DNA of 64,000 nt from an uncultured Ruminococcus sp. (GTDB lineage Bacteria > Bacillota > Clostridia > Oscillospirales > CAG-272), in assembly GCA_902779285.1 (NCBI GenBank), contig CACZAZ010000001.1, positions 16,460 through 80,459 on the forward strand. The letters run 5' to 3'. This document shows, one piece after another, positions 61,206-64,000 of this stretch. Under the pieces are notes generated by a model, which searched no databases, was not told where the DNA came from, and saw only the letters and a program-made list of their open reading frames with translations. The stretch's first letter is position 1; each line of letters opens with the position of its first letter. Made by a program: the position numbers and the translations under genes.

Positions 61206-61337
61206 GCAACTTCCGTCGCAACTTCCGTCGCAACTGCCGCAGCAATCGCCGCCGCAACTGCCGTCCTAACTGCCGTCGCAACTTCCGTCGCAACCGCCGC
61301 AGCAACCGCCGTCGCAACTGTCGCAGCGATCGCCGCC
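61206..61337. repeat. 12-nt x 11 tandem minisatellite
   Basis: The degenerate unit is GCAAC(T/C)(T/G)CCGTC. The region is open in several frames on both strands purely because of its triplet-compatible periodicity. Confidence 0.9.
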
Positions 61338-61377
61338 GCGTCGGTCTTCGCCCCGCCGAAAAATAATGAAAAAAACC

Positions 61378-61406
61378 TTGACAAACCCGACTTGCTGTGT
61401 TATGAT
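61378..61406 (+). promoter_or_regulatory. sigmaA-type promoter of tRNA-Lys
   Basis: TTGACA-17 nt-TGtTATGAT (extended -10), 16 nt upstream of the tRNA. Confidence 0.7.
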
Positions 61407-61421
61407 ACATAAGTACGAAAC

Positions 61422-61497
61422 GCCCCTGTAGCTCAGTTGGTAGAGCATTTGACTTTTAATCAAAGGGTCCGGGGTTCAAATCCCCGCAGGAGCACCA
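61422..61497 (+). tRNA. tRNA-Lys (anticodon UUU), CCA encoded
   Basis: The cloverleaf was folded by hand: D arm GCTC/GAGC, anticodon stem TTTGA/TCAAA with loop CTTTTAA, and T arm CGGGG-TTCAAAT-CCCCG. The acceptor stem has one C3.A70 mismatch. Confidence 0.85.
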
Positions 61498-61546
61498 AAC
61501 AGAGCGCCCCCCGAGCGTATGCCGGGGGCGCTCTGTTTGGTGCTCC
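61489..61546 (+). terminator. 23-bp perfect inverted repeat / terminator overlapping the tRNA 3' end
   Basis: GGAGCACCAAACAGAGCGCCCCC (61489-61511) pairs with GGGGGCGCTCTGTTTGGTGCTCC (61524-61546). The first 9 nt of the left arm are the tRNA 3' end. Confidence 0.7.
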
Positions 61547-61648
61547 CTTTTTGCTCCCGATTCGAACTCTGAATTTGCGTGGCGGAGCCGCGCAAATTCG
61601 AAGCGGCTCGCCCCGACACAGAGAGAACGACCACGCCGTTTTTCGAGA

Positions 61649-61680
61649 CGCGGGTTCAGGCAATCTCCGCAGGAGCACCA
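61649..61680 (+). repeat. Partial duplicate of the tRNA-Lys 3' end (att-like direct repeat)
   Basis: CGCGGGTTCAGGCAATCTCCGCAGGAGCACCA resembles the tRNA segment CCGGGGTTCAAATCCCCGCAGGAGCACCA. The last 14 nt are identical to 61484-61497. Confidence 0.75.
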
Positions 61681-61894
61681 TAGTTAGGGCGGAGCGCCGC
61701 ACGGCGCCCCGCCCTAACTATCGTTCCGCTTGTCATTTGAACCCCGATTTTCCAGCCGCTTGCGGTGGGATGATCCAAGGCGCCGCCCCGACCGAGCGCA
61801 AACGACTACGCCGTATCCCGGCGTCAGTTTTCCACCCCGCTTCGGCGGGGTGGTTTTTTGAAAAGTTGACAATAGCGGCGCGGGTGTGGTAAAA

Positions 61895-62023
61895 TATGCA
61901 TACGACGCGTGGGGCAACTGTCTGACGACCGTTCACGACGTCAATGCGACTGGTATCGCGGATCTGAACCCGTTCCGCTCGAAACGCTGGAAAAATCTGC
62001 GCGGTGCTGGATTGTACGCTTGA
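61895..62023 (+). pseudogene. RHS/YD-repeat protein core fragment
   Basis: It translates to YAYDAWGNCLTTVHDVNATGIADLNPFR..., the conserved RHS core-end motif, with no N-terminal body. It is immediately followed, in another frame, by an XRE-HTH tail remnant (KICAVLDCTLDDIVEF). Confidence 0.6.
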
Positions 62024-62079
62024 CGATATTGTTGAATTCAGCGAGGATGATGCTGAACATTCAGAAAGAGGGAAACAGA

Positions 62080-62876
62080 ATGGCAAACAATAGGGATTTG
62101 ATATTGAAACAATACGGCGACGGCAGCAAAGAAGAAAACCGTCACAAAAGATCCCGGGCGTCTTCTTTAGAATTCTATTACACAAAAAACACTTAGAGCC
62201 GTTTATATCCAAAGAAACGCGCATCTTGGAAATAGGATGCGGTACAGGTTATTATGGAATGTATTATGCGGACAATTGCAAAGAATACTGCGGTGTAGAT
62301 ATTGTTCCGTCGCATATTGAAATATTTCGTAAAAAGATCGAGGAATCCGGTTACTGCAATCTGACTTGTTCTGTTGGCGACGCTACCGACCTTACAGAGA
62401 TTGAAAGCAACAGCTATGACGTCGTTCTTTGCCTTGGCCCGCTTTATCATCTATCCCCGAAAGAGGCAGAAGCGGTCGTGGCGGAATGCTTTCGTATCAG
62501 CAAACCAAAAGGAATTGTAGCGATTTCTTATATAAATAAAATCGGGCTTTATGCCGGCGCGTGTATCAGTACGGAATTTACGGATTATCCAAATGAATCG
62601 GGCAACAAAATGTTAGAGGACGGGTGTGATTTTGAAAAGCCCGGGCTTTATTGGTACACCACACCCGAAGACATGGAAAGAATAACCCGAAAATACGGGC
62701 TTGAAAAGATTCATAATCTGGGAACAGATTTCTATATTTTTATGAAATACATCGATAAGGCCTCTGATGAAAAGTTCGAGCTTATCAAACCATTGTACGA
62801 TCAAATGGCGTTCCATGAAAGCTGCACCGGTATGAGTAATCATGCACTGTTAATATGTAGAAAAAAAGAAAGATAA
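62080..62876 (+). pseudogene. Class I SAM-dependent methyltransferase, frameshifted at an A6 run
   Basis: MANNRDL...SSLEFYYTKNT stops at 62196. The next frame continues HLEPFISKETRILEIGCGTGYYG (SAM motif I) to 62876. The shift lies at A6 (62184-62189). Confidence 0.7.
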
Positions 62877-62940
62877 TACTCTCGCAATCGTTGAGAGAAA
62901 TAAGAACCGTTGAAGTTAAAAGGTATATGAGGGTGCCGGA

Positions 62941-63000
62941 ATGCAATTTGTGACAAAAACGCCGATAGAAAAGGGTTGGTCGTGTGATAAAAAGTTCTGA
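62941..63000 (+). pseudogene. 19-codon N-terminal remnant of a phosphotransferase (APH/choline-kinase-like) gene
   Basis: MQFVTKTPIEKGWSCDKKF followed by a stop. PIEKGWS.DKK is the typical start of that family. Confidence 0.4.
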
Positions 63001-63081
63001 TCCGGCGCGGGGCTCTGGATTTCCGCAAAGGGGGCGCAAGGAATTTCCCCGGAACGGGTGGGAGGAAAAGATATTCCGCTC

Positions 63082-63110
63082 TTGACAGGTCGGAAGCCCC
63101 GTGATATAAT
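63082..63110 (+). promoter_or_regulatory. Strong sigmaA-type promoter with no downstream plus-strand CDS
   Basis: TTGACA-17 nt-TGaTATAAT (extended -10). Confidence 0.65.
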
Positions 63111-63116
63111 CGAATC

Positions 63117-63337
63117 AGCGGAAAGTGGGGTTAGAAAATGTAAGTGACAAGAGCGGCGATCAGGTTTAGGAACATTTCGCCATGTACGTTAAGCCAGATC
63201 GCCAGGTTGTGGTCGCGCAACATTTTATCACCTCCTTTCCGCCTCGATTTTGCCTTCCGTTCATCTCGGGGTTTTCGACCGGTCAAGAGAGCGGAGGGTA
63301 TAAAGAGAAGAAGTCCCGGTCGGGGCTTCTTTTTTTG
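63117..63337 (+). ncRNA. Candidate ~220-nt antisense/small RNA (promoter to terminator)
   Basis: It is bounded by the promoter at 63082-63110 and the terminator AGAAGTCCC-GGTC-GGGGCTTCT plus T7 (63309-63337). It has no credible plus-strand ORF and is fully complementary to the small ORF 63131..63223. Confidence 0.4.
63131..63223 (-). CDS. 30-aa hydrophobic peptide (candidate type I toxin-like small protein)
   Basis: MLRDHNLAIWLNVHGEMFLNLIAALVTYIF is preceded by AAAGGAGGTGATAAA-ATG, an ideal SD and spacing. It is too short for the ORF track. Confidence 0.4.
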   Translation of the reverse strand: MLRDHNLAIWLNVHGEMFLNLIAALVTYIF

Positions 63338-63378
63338 CGGAAAACAGATCCCGGCCGCGTGACGCAGCCGGGAGGGGG

Positions 63379-64000
63379 TTAGGTGTCTTCTCCGTTTATT
63401 TCGTTTTCTTTGATGAAATCAATATCAAGTTTTCTATCGAGTACGGCTCTGATCCTTTTTGCGTCTGTTGTTTCGTGTGTGCAAATTAGTGTCATTTTCT
63501 TTTTTTTGCACAACTCTCTATATATTTTAAGTTTGAAGTTTTTGGATTCAGTATATTCTATGTTACTCTCACTGTATCCCCAATGCTCAATGTAAACGTC
63601 TTTCCCATCGCCTAAATAGTTGGGTAGGAAGAAGTCAGGGTGCAATTCATCTTTTTCACTATATGCAATCGCTTTTTCGTATGCGTGTATAATTTTGTGT
63701 GCATATAGGTAGTTATCAATGTCTCTTTCTGATTTGCTTTTTACTATATGTCCATCGTCACATTCATATATATTTTCGTAATCACTGTCAAGAAGTTGTA
63801 CCTTTGAACATTCTGTGATTCTGAAAATTAGTTGTTTTTTGTGAAACTTTTGATAGCATATCGGACAGAACAGCAAACCGTCTGTGTGTCTTCCGCAGGT
63901 TATACATTTTGATTTGCTTTCCGCGTTAACTATAATTGTTCTATTGTTGCTCTTTTCTTCTTTTTCATCCTGTGTGTTTGTTTGCTCCGCCTTTGTTTGT
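63379..64000 (-). CDS. C-terminal part of a zinc-ribbon + PD-(D/E)XK nuclease-domain protein (runs off the right edge)
   Basis: The frame is open to the window end. CITCGRHTDGLLFCPICY is a Cys4 ribbon, followed by GHIVKSKSERDIDNYL...HPDFFLP...YIEHWG, a nuclease motif of the kind found at the ends of helicase IV/UvrD-like proteins. The region is visibly AT-rich. Confidence 0.6.
   Translation of the reverse strand, partial: QTKAEQTNTQDEKEEKSNNRTIIVNAESKSKCITCGRHTDGLLFCPICYQKFHKKQLIFRITECSKVQLLDSDYENIYECDDGHIVKSKSERDIDNYLYAHKIIHAYEKAIAYSEKDELHPDFFLPNYLGDGKDVYIEHWGYSESNIEYTESKNFKLKIYRELCKKKKMTLICTHETTDAKRIRAVLDRKLDIDFIKENEINGEDT

Noticed and set aside
61078-61410. Arg-rich N-terminal extension of the DUF308 ORF (track ORF 60457..61410)
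   Set aside because: It is simply the minisatellite read in one frame (RRLLRRLRRKLRRQL...). A good SD and ATG at 61077 start the membrane protein proper.
63144-63382. Plus-strand ORFs 63144..63362 and 63182..63382
   Set aside because: They have non-ATG or weak starts, no SD and basic low-complexity products. The region is better explained as a non-coding transcript plus terminators.

Overview
This window looks like the replication-origin region of a high-GC, spore-forming Firmicute (Clostridia-like; taxon is inferred from gene content and order only). The housekeeping backbone is hrcA with a perfect CIRCE operator, rny-ymdB, dnaA-oriC-dnaN-recF-remB(DUF370)-gyrB-gyrA, RNase J, soj/parA-spo0J/parB with two perfect parS sites, an AddA-like helicase-nuclease, truB, an ACT/UPF0210 pair, a T-box-controlled thrS, spoIIE, gpsA, yifB/comM, argG and tRNA-Lys(UUU). 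Accessory content comprises a 4-gene glycan-esterase/GH42 cassette, a large glycoside hydrolase, two tandem paralogous membrane proteins of unknown function, and a visibly AT-richer island of gene remnants downstream of tRNA-Lys. No complete, recognisable novel multi-gene system (defence, CRISPR, secretion or biosynthesis) could be supported from the sequence. The observations most worth a second look are: (1) dnaA is broken, lacking about 35 codons between Walker A and Walker B and shifted in frame; (2) a structured ~77-bp tandem-repeat family occurs as two direct arrays bracketing the glycan cassette; (3) a three-hairpin ~100-150-bp intergenic repeat family has five copies, two of which bracket the paralogous membrane-protein pair; (4) tRNA-Lys shows integration scars followed by a low-GC remnant island, which holds a 30-codon hydrophobic ORF with a perfect SD, fully antisense to a transcript that has a strong promoter and a terminator (candidate type I toxin-antitoxin); (5) a 12-nt x 11 minisatellite lies next to the tRNA promoter. 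Most of the long ORFs in the six-frame track that lie antisense to the called genes are high-GC shadow ORFs and were not called.
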